Source: a virus (Duplodnaviria > Caudoviricetes). From it: a stretch of 54,262 bases of DNA. The stretch covers positions 1 to 54,262 of IMG/VR virus record IMGVR_UViG_3300042935_001150; one strand, written 5' to 3'. Of this stretch, positions 17,592 to 28,137 are shown one piece after another (position 1 is the stretch's first letter; the number at the start of each line of letters is the position of its first letter). The translations under genes and the position numbers were made by a program. The notes below the pieces were generated by a model. It was given only the letters and a program-made list of their open reading frames with translations, searched no databases and had not been told where the DNA came from.

Positions 17592-18605
17592 TTATAGTGC
17601 CTCTATAATGACAAAACCATTACTATTTGTATGTCCAGTAGTAATACTTGTATTAGTCATGCTTGGATTAACGTAAGAACCGCCTCCGCCTCCATTAGAA
17701 GAACAACACTCATATCCTACACCACCACCACTATAACCACCACCACCACCAGAGCCAGAACTACAACAAGCTCCTGAACCTCCACCACCACCACCAAATC
17801 CACCGTCTATGTTAGTTTGACAACTAGAGTATCCATAACCCCCTCGAAAGCCACCACCGATACCTGCTCCAGAAGTTACGCTTTCAGGGTAGTCAGAACA
17901 ACCACTATGCGCAATTTCATTTCCACCAGTATTAAAGCCAGCACCTGCTCCAGCATTAAAAGAGTAACCACCCATTGAACCCCTGCCGCCACCAGAACCA
18001 CCAGAACCACCAGTACTAGAACCGTTGTTGTTTGTGCCAGCACCACCACTGTTAGTAGTTTGTCCACGCATAGGGTCACTGTTAATTAAACCAGCGTTTG
18101 AATCGCTTAGCCCACCACCACCACCTGCAGCAACATATAAAGTGTTTGTAGCATAGGCATAAACAAAAGAACCACCACCACCACCAGCATTGTAATAATT
18201 AGAACCGGTTGTACTTCGTCTACCCGCCTGGCCGCATACAATAGCTAATACTTGACCACTTAGTAAAGCTATACGGCCTTCAGCTTTTGCACTATACGCA
18301 CCGGCACCATCTCCAGCCGTTGCACCACCTCCGCGAGCACCTTGCGCGGTTATTGCATAAGTACCTGTTTTTGGAGCTGTAAACAACTGAATTCCTCCAT
18401 AACTGCCAGTTACATTAAAAAATGCTGTGTCTAGTGACCACGAAGTGCCGTATGCACTTCGTAGTGTACCTAAACTAGGTCCGTTTCGTCCAATTGCACC
18501 CCCCGGTGTAAAAGTATGGCTTGTAAAAGGGAATAGCGAAGGAGCTGCAGATAGGCGTCCAAAACCTCTAACAGACGCACTACCTATTGTTGTAATAAGT
18601 GACAT
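17592..18605 (-). CDS. glycine-rich adhesin-like protein
   Basis: FPFTSHTFT..G..G..GP, GIQLFTAP.TGTY.ITA.GA.GG and many polyglycine runs (GGFGGGG, GGGGGYSGG). Confidence 0.75.
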   Translation of the reverse strand: MSLITTIGSASVRGFGRLSAAPSLFPFTSHTFTPGGAIGRNGPSLGTLRSAYGTSWSLDTAFFNVTGSYGGIQLFTAPKTGTYAITAQGARGGGATAGDGAGAYSAKAEGRIALLSGQVLAIVCGQAGRRSTTGSNYYNAGGGGGSFVYAYATNTLYVAAGGGGGLSDSNAGLINSDPMRGQTTNSGGAGTNNNGSSTGGSGGSGGGRGSMGGYSFNAGAGAGFNTGGNEIAHSGCSDYPESVTSGAGIGGGFRGGYGYSSCQTNIDGGFGGGGGGSGACCSSGSGGGGGYSGGGVGYECCSSNGGGGGSYVNPSMTNTSITTGHTNSNGFVIIEAL

Positions 18606-18616
18606 ATTTAATTACC

Positions 18617-21178
18617 TTATGCAAACTTAGTTAATTGAGCTAAAATTGTAAATGCAGCGCTGGCTGTTTTAATAATAGTAAAATTGTACACATCAACAGA
18701 GCTAGCATTACCTGTAGTAGGAGCGGATCCGCCTGACCATTTAGGGGTTATTGTAACACCATCAACTTGAATACCTGTTGTATAATAGGCGGTACCTCCA
18801 TTAGTATTTACATATACTAAAGTATATGTTTCACCGGCAGCCATTAAGCTATTTAATGTAGTACTGGCATTGCCACGTACATTTAATACAAAATTACCGG
18901 TAGCGCTAGCAGTAGCATATACAATTGATTGAGTAGTTGCATCAATGTTAATTGTTCCGCCTGCACCTGTTCCAGTAAGAGTAACAGCTTCTAATGCATT
19001 TACTAATTTAACACCCATTGCTGCAGCGTTGCCGTTAAAAGTTTGTTTATCAGTAAAAGCCTGTGCTACGCTTCTAGTAGCTACTCGATTACCTGCTTCA
19101 AATAGTGTAGTACCGTGAATGTTGTTCCACTTTTTACTTACAGTACCTAAATCATAAGTTGCATCAGTTGCTGGTTTAGTTTCAGTAGCTACTTGAGTAA
19201 AGTATTGTTTTACAGCATATTCAGTAGGAACAGCAACATTTGAATTACCGCTTAGGGTAGCATCGCTTGAAAACTCACTGATTAACTCGCCTAACTGTGC
19301 GCCGATAGAACCTAGTTTTAAACTGGTCAGCCCGCTTAAGTCAAAAGCATTAGCGTTAAGTGTGGCACGTCCAGTTGCTTGATCAATCTTAAAGTAGTCA
19401 CCTACTCGGAAATTACCGTCTTGATCGGTACTTACATAAAATACGCGTCCTGGAATTACTTCGTCAACTTCTTGGCCTTGAACAGCAGCTTGAGTTGGAG
19501 TACCTGGATAATTTGTAGTTGTAACACCACCAGTTCCAACATTTAAAAAGTCGTGAGCAGTTAAACGAACCTGAGAGTACTTGTATCTGACAACAAAAGT
19601 AGCAGCATCAGCAGATCCTGTTAATTTTTCTTGTGCAAGTACAACCGTAACAACGCTACTAGCACTACTCCACGAACCACTTACAGTTTGAATAACATAA
19701 CTATAAGCGTCACCAGCTATAGTAATACTGCCACCAGCAATAGGACGTGCAGTTAAATTATTAAGAACTAGTACTAAACCTTTTTGATTTTCTAAAGCTC
19801 CAGCACTAATAGTGCCTGTTCCACCACTTGTAAATGTAAGCGTGTTAGTAAGATTAAAATCACCAACAATATCTGTAACATAAACTTTATTAGCACTTTG
19901 TTGTACACTACGAACTACAGCAGTACCACCAGCGCTACTTGTTACAGTATCTCCAACAGCAATAGTACCAGTAGTAATACAATTTAATTGTTTTCCAAAT
20001 ATTGTACCGCTTACAGTGGTTTCTGTAGAATCAAAGCCGTTAGCTGTTGCTCCCCAAGTACCGTAACTATTGTTACCATTAAGAGATCTAATGTATCCAC
20101 CTGCAGTTGCTGAATATCCAAAGTAGCAGTAGTATGTAAAGCATGAGACAATTTCTGATTTAGCATTGTTGTGAATCCAAAATCCAACACCATTATCGCT
20201 GATTACAGTATATTGATGGAAAAGCATTGACTTATAGCCACTAGAATGTGCACTACCATTTACATACGCTCCAATTCCTCCACTTAGAATAGCTGAGCAT
20301 TCTAGTATATAAGGACTACGTGCAGTAATGGGGCTACTTTCATTAAATGCTACTACAATGCCTTTTGGAGTTGAACTAGTAATATCTGCAGGAGTTGCTC
20401 CAGCTGTCCAACCAGTCATACCTTTAAAAGTCATCTTATTAAGAATTGAGCCATCACTCATTTTAAACATTATACTATTAGTGTTTAAATTAGTACCGTC
20501 ATCGCTTAAACCACTTGCTGGTTGTACATTAACTGTACGTTGATTATCACCAACAATAGCTACATTTGGAGGCACTACAATAGGTAGTTGTTCTAAATAA
20601 GTGCCGTTAGAAACTTTAATAGTACCTCCTAAGCCAACTTGAGCAAGATCTGCGCAAGCATACTTAATTGTTAAATAAGGAGTAGCTAAACTTTTACCGC
20701 TAGCTGCGGTATTTTGGCCGTGTGGTGCAACATAACGAACTTGAGCACTTGCAGTAGCACTTAACCATACTGGAGTACCATTATCGTAAGGTACTGTTAG
20801 TGCTTTGCCTTGATTAGTAGTGCTTTGATCTGGTAAAACATTACCAGCGTATAGTGCCCAAAAAGCAGAAGTTTGTGTAGGTGTATTAGCAAGATTGCTA
20901 TTAGCTGTAGAAATATACAGTTTTTCCGAATAAATAACGCCTTCACCAATAGCGTAAGTTGTTCCTGATGAATATACTCCACGAACGTTTACGCCTTCTA
21001 GTAATAGTGACCAATACACTGTATTAGTTGTTAAATTTGCTGCAGTGTTAAGTGGATTTATATACACATATAAATTTCCACCATATTTTACAACATCATT
21101 ATATTCATATGTTGTGCTGCTGCTCCATACACCCATGAAGGATAAACGCAGTTTTCCTAAATCAATAATTTGGCTCAT
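18617..21178 (-). CDS. tail fibre/spike with pectin-lyase-like beta-helix and C-terminal adaptor-like domain
   Basis: N-terminal W...TTY..NDVV.Y repeats, YVAPHG...PYLTIKYA...GTYLE motif and QVRLTAHDFL...STDQDGNFRVG segment. Confidence 0.72.
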   Translation of the reverse strand: MSQIIDLGKLRLSFMGVWSSSTTYEYNDVVKYGGNLYVYINPLNTAANLTTNTVYWSLLLEGVNVRGVYSSGTTYAIGEGVIYSEKLYISTANSNLANTPTQTSAFWALYAGNVLPDQSTTNQGKALTVPYDNGTPVWLSATASAQVRYVAPHGQNTAASGKSLATPYLTIKYACADLAQVGLGGTIKVSNGTYLEQLPIVVPPNVAIVGDNQRTVNVQPASGLSDDGTNLNTNSIMFKMSDGSILNKMTFKGMTGWTAGATPADITSSTPKGIVVAFNESSPITARSPYILECSAILSGGIGAYVNGSAHSSGYKSMLFHQYTVISDNGVGFWIHNNAKSEIVSCFTYYCYFGYSATAGGYIRSLNGNNSYGTWGATANGFDSTETTVSGTIFGKQLNCITTGTIAVGDTVTSSAGGTAVVRSVQQSANKVYVTDIVGDFNLTNTLTFTSGGTGTISAGALENQKGLVLVLNNLTARPIAGGSITIAGDAYSYVIQTVSGSWSSASSVVTVVLAQEKLTGSADAATFVVRYKYSQVRLTAHDFLNVGTGGVTTTNYPGTPTQAAVQGQEVDEVIPGRVFYVSTDQDGNFRVGDYFKIDQATGRATLNANAFDLSGLTSLKLGSIGAQLGELISEFSSDATLSGNSNVAVPTEYAVKQYFTQVATETKPATDATYDLGTVSKKWNNIHGTTLFEAGNRVATRSVAQAFTDKQTFNGNAAAMGVKLVNALEAVTLTGTGAGGTINIDATTQSIVYATASATGNFVLNVRGNASTTLNSLMAAGETYTLVYVNTNGGTAYYTTGIQVDGVTITPKWSGGSAPTTGNASSVDVYNFTIIKTASAAFTILAQLTKFA

Positions 21179-21179
21179 A

Positions 21180-21464
21180 TTATAATACTTTCATAAGTAA
21201 GCGATTTTTCCAGTTTGTGGCATTATCGCCCCAATATAGTTTAACAAGACTTTTTGACCAAAACCATTGTTGGTAACTGTCATTTTTAATTCCTACTTCT
21301 GTTGTAGGATTAGTTGCTGGCAAGCTAACTGGAGTATCACCATTTAGACAATCTAAGTATAGTTTGCCGCTTTGACCATCAACTCTGAATCCATAAAAAG
21401 TTTTATTAACTATGTCTTCTATGGTATCCGTAGCGGCAATTGTTTCTAATGATCCGATTGTCAT
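21180..21464 (-). CDS. hypothetical fibre-associated protein
   Basis: 94-aa ORF translationally coupled to its neighbours. Confidence 0.65.
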   Translation of the reverse strand: MTIGSLETIAATDTIEDIVNKTFYGFRVDGQSGKLYLDCLNGDTPVSLPATNPTTEVGIKNDSYQQWFWSKSLVKLYWGDNATNWKNRLLMKVL

Positions 21465-21784
21465 TATGACACTCCTTGTAGTATTGAAAAAACTATGTCT
21501 ACACTAGTGTCTGCATCCGCAGAAACAACTAGTTTATCTCCAGTAGATAAAACTGTTTTTCGACTGGCATCTAAAGCAAAAGTTTCTCCTACTTCTACTC
21601 GTTTGCCTTTATGTAGATAAACATCTGTTGCACCTCTTCGCAACTTTAAATTAAAGGGTACAGTGCTCCCTATGAGATTAACCACTGTACCTCCAACTAA
21701 CATTGATTTTTCAGTAGCGGTAAAGGCTACTACTTCTGTAGTGCCTACATTTGTTGAAATTGTATTTATAAATATTGTTGCCAT
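21464..21784 (-). CDS. small beta-sandwich fibre-associated protein
   Basis: 106 aa with KTVLSTGDKLVV...SIL. Follows a fibre ending in SIALG. Confidence 0.65.
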   Translation of the reverse strand: MATIFINTISTNVGTTEVVAFTATEKSMLVGGTVVNLIGSTVPFNLKLRRGATDVYLHKGKRVEVGETFALDASRKTVLSTGDKLVVSADADTSVDIVFSILQGVS

Positions 21785-21790
21785 ATTTTT

Positions 21791-24700
21791 TTATCCTAAC
21801 GCTATTGAGAAGACGGTTGCTATATCAGATGCAGTTTGTGCTACCTGTTCGGCACTTTCACCACCACCAGCAGTATCTCCTAGTAGCTCTCTTACAACGA
21901 TTTCATCTCCGTTATCCAATGTTGGTGCAGTAATTGTTAGAGTAGTTCCAGAAACGGTGTAATCAGTAGTAGGTGTTAATATTACACCATTAACTACCAC
22001 AAAAATAGTATTAATAGTACATCCACTATTAATTGTAAACGTATTTGTAATTCCATTTGCTGTAAAAACTTCAGTTACCATACTGTAAGGAGTAGTACCT
22101 TGAGTGCCTGAGGGACCTGTAGGACCTACTACTGTAGAGTCTGCACCAACTGGTCCTTGTGGACCTGTTGGTCCTTGAGCACCTGTTGGCCCAGCTAATG
22201 TAGATGCAGCACCTGCGGATCCAGTTGGCCCTTGTGGACCTGTGGGTCCTGGGACTATTGAATCATTACCTGTAGGTCCTGTAACACCAGCATTGCCTTG
22301 AATACCTTGAACACCTTGAGCACCTGTTGGTCCTATAAGTCCATCATTGCCTGTTGGACCTTGGGTACCTGTTGGACCTTGGATACCTTGTATACCAATA
22401 GATCCTGTGGGCCCTGTTGGACCTTGAATACCTGTAGGTCCTACTTCGCCTGCAACACCTGCAACACCTGCAACACCTGCAACACCAGCTGAACCTGTGG
22501 GTCCTTGAATACCTTGAGCACCTGCAGCACCTGTAGGACCTGTTATACCTTGAATACCAGTAGGACCTACTTGACCTTGAATACCTGCTGAACCTGTGGG
22601 TCCTTGGATACCTTGTAAACCTGTTGCACCTTGAATACCTTGTAAACCTGTTGGTCCTTGAATACCTGCAATACCTTGAGCACCTGTTGGTCCTTGAGCA
22701 CCTGCGGCACCTGCGGAACCTGTGGGTCCTGTAGTACCGTCACCAAGTAATTCTCTTACAACAATATCACTACCATTACCTGGAGCACTTGTCAATGTTA
22801 GAGTATTTCCAGTAACTGAGTAATCCGTTACTGGTTTTAATAACACACCATTAATAACTACTAAAAGATTATTAGTAGCATAACCACTATTGATTGTAAA
22901 TGCTGTAGTAGTACCATTACCAGTAAAAGTCTCGGTTTGAATATCAAACGCAAAACCAATTCCTGTGGGTCCTGTTGGGCCTATTAAACCTTGTGAACCT
23001 GTAGGTCCAACTACTGTTGATGCAGCACCTGTTGGTCCTTGAGCACCTGCAGTACCTTGTAAGCCTTGAACACCCTGTGAACCTGTTGGTCCTTGTGCAC
23101 CTTGAATACCTGTTGGTCCTACAATACCTTGTGAACCTGTTGGTCCTGTAAGTCCGTTAGCACCTGTAGGTCCTGTAATACCTGCAACGCCTTGAGCACC
23201 TGTGGGACCTGCTACTACTGAATCAGCTCCTGTTGATCCTTGGATACCTTGTGGACCTGTTGGACCTACAATACCTTGTGGACCTGTAGGTCCATCACCA
23301 AGCATCTCTCTGACTACGATTTGACTTGTATTATCTGGAGCTGCTGTAAATATTAAACTAGTACCAGATAAAGTATAATCTGTTACGGGCTTTAGCATAA
23401 TACCATTGACAACTACTAATAAGTTATCAATTCCATAGCCAGAAGCTATAGTAAACGCAGTTGTAGTTCCGTTTCCAGTAAAGTTTTCTGTTTGTATAAT
23501 AAAAGGATAGCCATTACCTACTGGGCCTTGAGCACCTGTAGGACCTGTATTACCTTGAGTACCTGCAGTACCTTGAACACCTTGAATACCTTGCGAACCT
23601 GTTGGTCCTGTATCGCCTTGCGATCCTGTAGGACCTACAATACCTTGTGAACCTGTAGGTCCTACAATACCTTGTGTACCTGCAACGCCTTGAACACCTG
23701 TGGGTCCTGCAACGCCTTGAGCACCTGTGGGCCCTACAATCTGTCCAACGTCTAAGTAAGAACTACCTGTCCAAGTATATAAATTACCATCGGCAATAAC
23801 AATATAAGCATCGCCTATACTAGGAGTAGGAGTAGTAGGTAAAGCACCTACTGTAGCAACTTCTCCGCGTATATTTACCGAAGTACCAGGGGCTCCTGCA
23901 ATACCTGTAGGGCCTGTAACACCTTGAATACCTTGTGAACCTGTAGGTCCTACAATACCTTGAATACCTGTAGGTCCTACAATACCTTGTGAACCTGTAG
24001 GGCCTGCGTTTCCTTGTGTACCTTGAACACCTTGTATACCTTGAGCACCTGTGGGACCTGCTGTACCTGCTGTACCTGTAGGACCTGTAGCTCCATCACC
24101 TAATAATTCTCTTACAACAATATCACTGCCATTACCTGGAGGAGTAGTAAATGTTAAGGTAGTTCCGCTAACTGAGTAGTCAACAACTGGTTTTAGTAGT
24201 ACACCATTAATAACTACTAAAAGATTATTAGTAGCATATCCACTATTAATTGTAAATGTTGTGGTAGTACCGTTACCTGTAAAGCTTTCTGTTTGAATAT
24301 CAAAAGCAAAACCAATACCTGCCGGACCTGCAATACCTTGAGCACCTGTAGGACCTGTTAGACCCTGTATACCCTGTGTACCTTGAGCACCTGTAGGACC
24401 CGAAGAACCTGTAGGACCTTGAGTACCTGGTGAGCCTGTAGGACCGGCTACTGTTGAGTCAGCTCCTTGAGCACCTGTGGGGCCTGTAGTACCTGCAACA
24501 CCTGCAACACCTGCAGCACCTTGAGCACCAGTTGGCCCTACAGTACCTTGAATACCTTGAATACCTTGTACGCCTTGAGCACCTGTTGGACCAGCTATTG
24601 TTGAATCAACTCCCTGAGCACCTGTTGGACCTGTAGTACCTTGCGATCCTGTAGGGCCTGTAACACCTTGTATACCTTGAATACCTTGCGTACCTTGAGC

Positions 24701-27700
24701 ACCTGTTGGACCAGTATCACCTTGACTACCAGCACTACCTACAGGACCTGTTGGTCCGTCGCCTTTTAATTCGCGAACTACAATTTCTTGAAGATTTTCA
24801 GGAGCAGTAACAAATGTCAGTGTTGTACCACTAACACTGTAGTCTACAGTTGGTACTAAAATAACGCCATTAGCTACAACGATAACACTATCAGTTGTAT
24901 AGCCACTATTAATTGTAAATGCTGTGGTAGTTCCATTTCCAGTGAAATTTTGTGTTTCTATTAAAAATGGTGAGCCAATACCGCCAGGGCCTTGGATACC
25001 TTGAGCACCTGTGGGTCCTACTGTACCTTGTGAACCTGTAGGACCTATATCGCCTTGGATACCTTGAGCACCTGTAGGTCCTGCAACGCCTTGAGTACCT
25101 TGTAAGCCTGTTGGTCCTGCAACTGTTGAGGAGGCTCCTTGAGCACCTGTGGGACCTATAGCGCCAGTATCACCTTGAGCACCTGCTGAACCTGTTGCTC
25201 CCTGAATACCTTGAATACCTTGCGTACCCTGAATACCTTGGATACCTTGAGCACCTGTAGGACCTATGTCACCTTGTGAACCTTGTGAACCTGTTGGTCC
25301 TGTAAGACCTTGAATACCCTGAATACCTTGAATACCAGTTGGACCTGCAACACCTTGAGCACCTTGAGGACCCTGAATACCACTAGCACCGCTAAGATCT
25401 GTGATATATACATAGTTTGTACCATTCCACAAATACAGTCTAGAATCTTCGGGGTTTTCAGGATTACCGGTATCTATAACTGCGAATTGGCCTGCTATAA
25501 TTGCACTAGGTGCAGTATCAGCAGTTAGTGCCGCTACGCTTGCATATATTTTTGCAATTGTAAAGCCTAAACCAGTAGAACCTGTTGGTCCTGTAGTGCC
25601 TTGTGCACCTGTAGGACCTGTGGGACCTGTAATACCTTGAGTACCTTGAGATCCTGTGGATCCTGTAGGACCTGTTGCTCCCTGAATACCTTGAGTACCT
25701 TGAATACCCTGAATGCCTTGTGATCCTGTAGGTCCTGCGTCGCCTTGAAGACCCTGAATACCTTGAACACCTGTAGAACCTGTAGGACCTGCTACTGTTG
25801 ATGCAGCTCCTTGAATACCTTGTGGACCTGTTGGACCTGTTGGACCTGTAGCACCATAACCAATACTTGCACCACCAACAGATAAAAATCCACCACTAAC
25901 ACTAATTGGCGTACCGCCTAAGTCAATAGTATCAGCAGCAAAGTAACCAGTTTTCCAACGTCTTGTTGGAGAACCAATATTATATACTTGATCTAATGCA
26001 GGTATAATATGGCTACTAACGCTAGTTAAGTCAATTGAGGGGCCTGTTGGGCCTGTAGCCCCGTCGCCAAGCATCTCTCTAACTACAATTTGACTTGTAT
26101 TGTCAGGAGCTATTGTAAATACTAAGTTGTTTCCAGATAAAGTATAGTCTGTTACTGGCTTTAGCAAAATACCGTTGACAACTACTAATAAGTTATCAAT
26201 TCCATATCCAGGATTTATAGCAAATGCAGTTGTAGTACCGTTTCCAGTAAAACTTTCTGTTTGTATAATAAAAGGATATCCAGTTCCTATAGGGCCTTGA
26301 ATACCTGTAGCACCTGTTGGGCCTGCAGTACCTTGAATACCTTGAGTACCTTGAACACCTTGAACACCTTGTGAACCTTGAATACCTTGAGCACCTGTAG
26401 GACCAGCAACTGTTGATGCAGCTCCTTGAGCTCCAGTTGGACCTGTAGGACCAGCAACTGTTGATGCAGCTCCTGTTGATCCTTGAATACCTTGTGGACC
26501 TGTGGGGCCAGTAACACCTTGAGCACCTGTAGGACCATCACCAAGCATCTCTCTGACTACAATTTGACTTGTATTGTCAGGAGCTACTGTAAATACTAAA
26601 TTAGTACCAGATAAAGTATAGTCTGTTCCTGGTTTTAGCAAAATACCGTTTACAACTACTAATAAGTTATCGATTCCATAGCCGGGGGCTATAGTAAACG
26701 CAGTTGTAGTGCCGTTTCCAGTAAAACTTTCTGTTTGTATAATAAAAGGATATCCAGTTCCTATAGGACCTTGAATACCTGTGGGGCCTGTAGGACCTGT
26801 ATTACCTGCAGTACCTTGAATACCTGTAGGACCTGCATTACCTTGAATACCTTGAATACCTTGTGAGCCTGTAGGACCTGCAACTGTTGAGGCGGCTCCT
26901 TGAGATCCTGTAGGGCCTTGAGGACCCTGAAGTCCACTAGCACCGCTGAGATCAGTTGTATATGTATATGTTGTACCATTCCATAAATACAGTTTTGAAT
27001 CGTCTGGATTATCTACATTACCTGTATCAATAATGGCAAACTGTCCAGCTACAATTCCGGTAGGTGCAGTATCTGCTGTTAACGCAGCTACTGTTGAATA
27101 TATTTTTGCTATTGCAAATCCAAGACCTGTAGACCCTGTAGACCCTGTAGGACCTGTAACGCCTTGAATACCCTGAATACCTTGTATTCCCTGAGCACCT
27201 GTAGGACCTGTAACGCCCTGTATACCTTGAATTCCCTGATCGCCTGTAGGTCCGGTAACGCCTTGAATTCCTTGAATTCCCTGATCGCCTGTAGGTCCGG
27301 TAACGCCTTGAATTCCTTGAATTCCCTGAGCACCTGTAGAGCCTGTAACGCCTTGTACTCCTTGAGCACCTGTAGGACCTGTAACGCCTTGAATTCCCTG
27401 ATCACCCGTAGATCCTGCAATACCTGCAGTACCTGCAATACCTTGGATACCCTGAGCACCTGTAGGGCCTTGTATACCTTGAACACCTGTGGGGCCTGCA
27501 GTACCTTGAGCACCTGTAGGACCTACTACTGTTGAGTCAGCACCTTGAACACCTTGAGCACCTGTTGGTCCTGTTGGGCCTACTACTGTTGAGTCAGCAC
27601 CTGTAGGACCTACATCTCCATATCCAGATATTTCTCTGATTACTACTTGCAGTCCTGCTGGAGGAGCAGTATTAAATATTACATTACTATTTAATACTGC

Positions 27701-28090
27701 ATAATCAGTAGTAGATTGGGCAATTCCGCCCATAAAAACTAAAACATTACTAGCACCTAGACCACTGCTAATTGCAAAAGTAACATTTGATCCGTCTGAT
27801 ATATATTGTCTTGTAGTTGCACTAAAAGGAATATTTCCGCTATTATTACTATTAATCCATTCAGTACCAGTATATTGTAGTGATTGTCCTACTACTGGAT
27901 TTACGATGTTTACGTCTAGTAAATCATCTAGTCGAAGTATGTCTTTAAAATATTTAACTGAGTTGTTAGATGCTTTAAAATATATCTTGCCATCTGCATA
28001 GTTAATGGCTAACTCGCCATAGTCGAGATCACCAGCAAGTGGGACTTTGTCCACTACCGACGATTTCTTAAGAATAATCTTATTTGCCAT
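21791..28090 (-). CDS. giant collagen-like tail fibre (2099 aa) with repeated globular domains
   Basis: N-terminal I.LKKS...GELAINY.DGKIY head, G-X-Y tracts interrupted by eight ~70-aa FTGNGTTT-type domains. Confidence 0.85.
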   Translation of the reverse strand: MANKIILKKSSVVDKVPLAGDLDYGELAINYADGKIYFKASNNSVKYFKDILRLDDLLDVNIVNPVVGQSLQYTGTEWINSNNSGNIPFSATTRQYISDGSNVTFAISSGLGASNVLVFMGGIAQSTTDYAVLNSNVIFNTAPPAGLQVVIREISGYGDVGPTGADSTVVGPTGPTGAQGVQGADSTVVGPTGAQGTAGPTGVQGIQGPTGAQGIQGIAGTAGIAGSTGDQGIQGVTGPTGAQGVQGVTGSTGAQGIQGIQGVTGPTGDQGIQGIQGVTGPTGDQGIQGIQGVTGPTGAQGIQGIQGIQGVTGPTGSTGSTGLGFAIAKIYSTVAALTADTAPTGIVAGQFAIIDTGNVDNPDDSKLYLWNGTTYTYTTDLSGASGLQGPQGPTGSQGAASTVAGPTGSQGIQGIQGNAGPTGIQGTAGNTGPTGPTGIQGPIGTGYPFIIQTESFTGNGTTTAFTIAPGYGIDNLLVVVNGILLKPGTDYTLSGTNLVFTVAPDNTSQIVVREMLGDGPTGAQGVTGPTGPQGIQGSTGAASTVAGPTGPTGAQGAASTVAGPTGAQGIQGSQGVQGVQGTQGIQGTAGPTGATGIQGPIGTGYPFIIQTESFTGNGTTTAFAINPGYGIDNLLVVVNGILLKPVTDYTLSGNNLVFTIAPDNTSQIVVREMLGDGATGPTGPSIDLTSVSSHIIPALDQVYNIGSPTRRWKTGYFAADTIDLGGTPISVSGGFLSVGGASIGYGATGPTGPTGPQGIQGAASTVAGPTGSTGVQGIQGLQGDAGPTGSQGIQGIQGTQGIQGATGPTGSTGSQGTQGITGPTGPTGAQGTTGPTGSTGLGFTIAKIYASVAALTADTAPSAIIAGQFAVIDTGNPENPEDSRLYLWNGTNYVYITDLSGASGIQGPQGAQGVAGPTGIQGIQGIQGLTGPTGSQGSQGDIGPTGAQGIQGIQGTQGIQGIQGATGSAGAQGDTGAIGPTGAQGASSTVAGPTGLQGTQGVAGPTGAQGIQGDIGPTGSQGTVGPTGAQGIQGPGGIGSPFLIETQNFTGNGTTTAFTINSGYTTDSVIVVANGVILVPTVDYSVSGTTLTFVTAPENLQEIVVRELKGDGPTGPVGSAGSQGDTGPTGAQGTQGIQGIQGVTGPTGSQGTTGPTGAQGVDSTIAGPTGAQGVQGIQGIQGTVGPTGAQGAAGVAGVAGTTGPTGAQGADSTVAGPTGSPGTQGPTGSSGPTGAQGTQGIQGLTGPTGAQGIAGPAGIGFAFDIQTESFTGNGTTTTFTINSGYATNNLLVVINGVLLKPVVDYSVSGTTLTFTTPPGNGSDIVVRELLGDGATGPTGTAGTAGPTGAQGIQGVQGTQGNAGPTGSQGIVGPTGIQGIVGPTGSQGIQGVTGPTGIAGAPGTSVNIRGEVATVGALPTTPTPSIGDAYIVIADGNLYTWTGSSYLDVGQIVGPTGAQGVAGPTGVQGVAGTQGIVGPTGSQGIVGPTGSQGDTGPTGSQGIQGVQGTAGTQGNTGPTGAQGPVGNGYPFIIQTENFTGNGTTTAFTIASGYGIDNLLVVVNGIMLKPVTDYTLSGTSLIFTAAPDNTSQIVVREMLGDGPTGPQGIVGPTGPQGIQGSTGADSVVAGPTGAQGVAGITGPTGANGLTGPTGSQGIVGPTGIQGAQGPTGSQGVQGLQGTAGAQGPTGAASTVVGPTGSQGLIGPTGPTGIGFAFDIQTETFTGNGTTTAFTINSGYATNNLLVVINGVLLKPVTDYSVTGNTLTLTSAPGNGSDIVVRELLGDGTTGPTGSAGAAGAQGPTGAQGIAGIQGPTGLQGIQGATGLQGIQGPTGSAGIQGQVGPTGIQGITGPTGAAGAQGIQGPTGSAGVAGVAGVAGVAGEVGPTGIQGPTGPTGSIGIQGIQGPTGTQGPTGNDGLIGPTGAQGVQGIQGNAGVTGPTGNDSIVPGPTGPQGPTGSAGAASTLAGPTGAQGPTGPQGPVGADSTVVGPTGPSGTQGTTPYSMVTEVFTANGITNTFTINSGCTINTIFVVVNGVILTPTTDYTVSGTTLTITAPTLDNGDEIVVRELLGDTAGGGESAEQVAQTASDIATVFSIALG

Positions 28091-28109
28091 AGTTAGCCCT
28101 AAAAAGGAT

Positions 28110-28133
28110 AGGGAAACTTATAGAAGTTTCCCT
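28110..28133 (-). terminator. hairpin, possible weak or bidirectional terminator
   Basis: AGGGAAACTT-4 nt-AAGTTTCCCT with an imperfect U tract on minus and TTTT on plus. Confidence 0.5.
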
Positions 28134-28137
28134 TTTA

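Noticed and set aside
6270-27535. Alternate-frame VLQVLKVFK and NTLNTL ORFs
   Set aside because: These are shadow translations of the collagen G-X-Y repeats.
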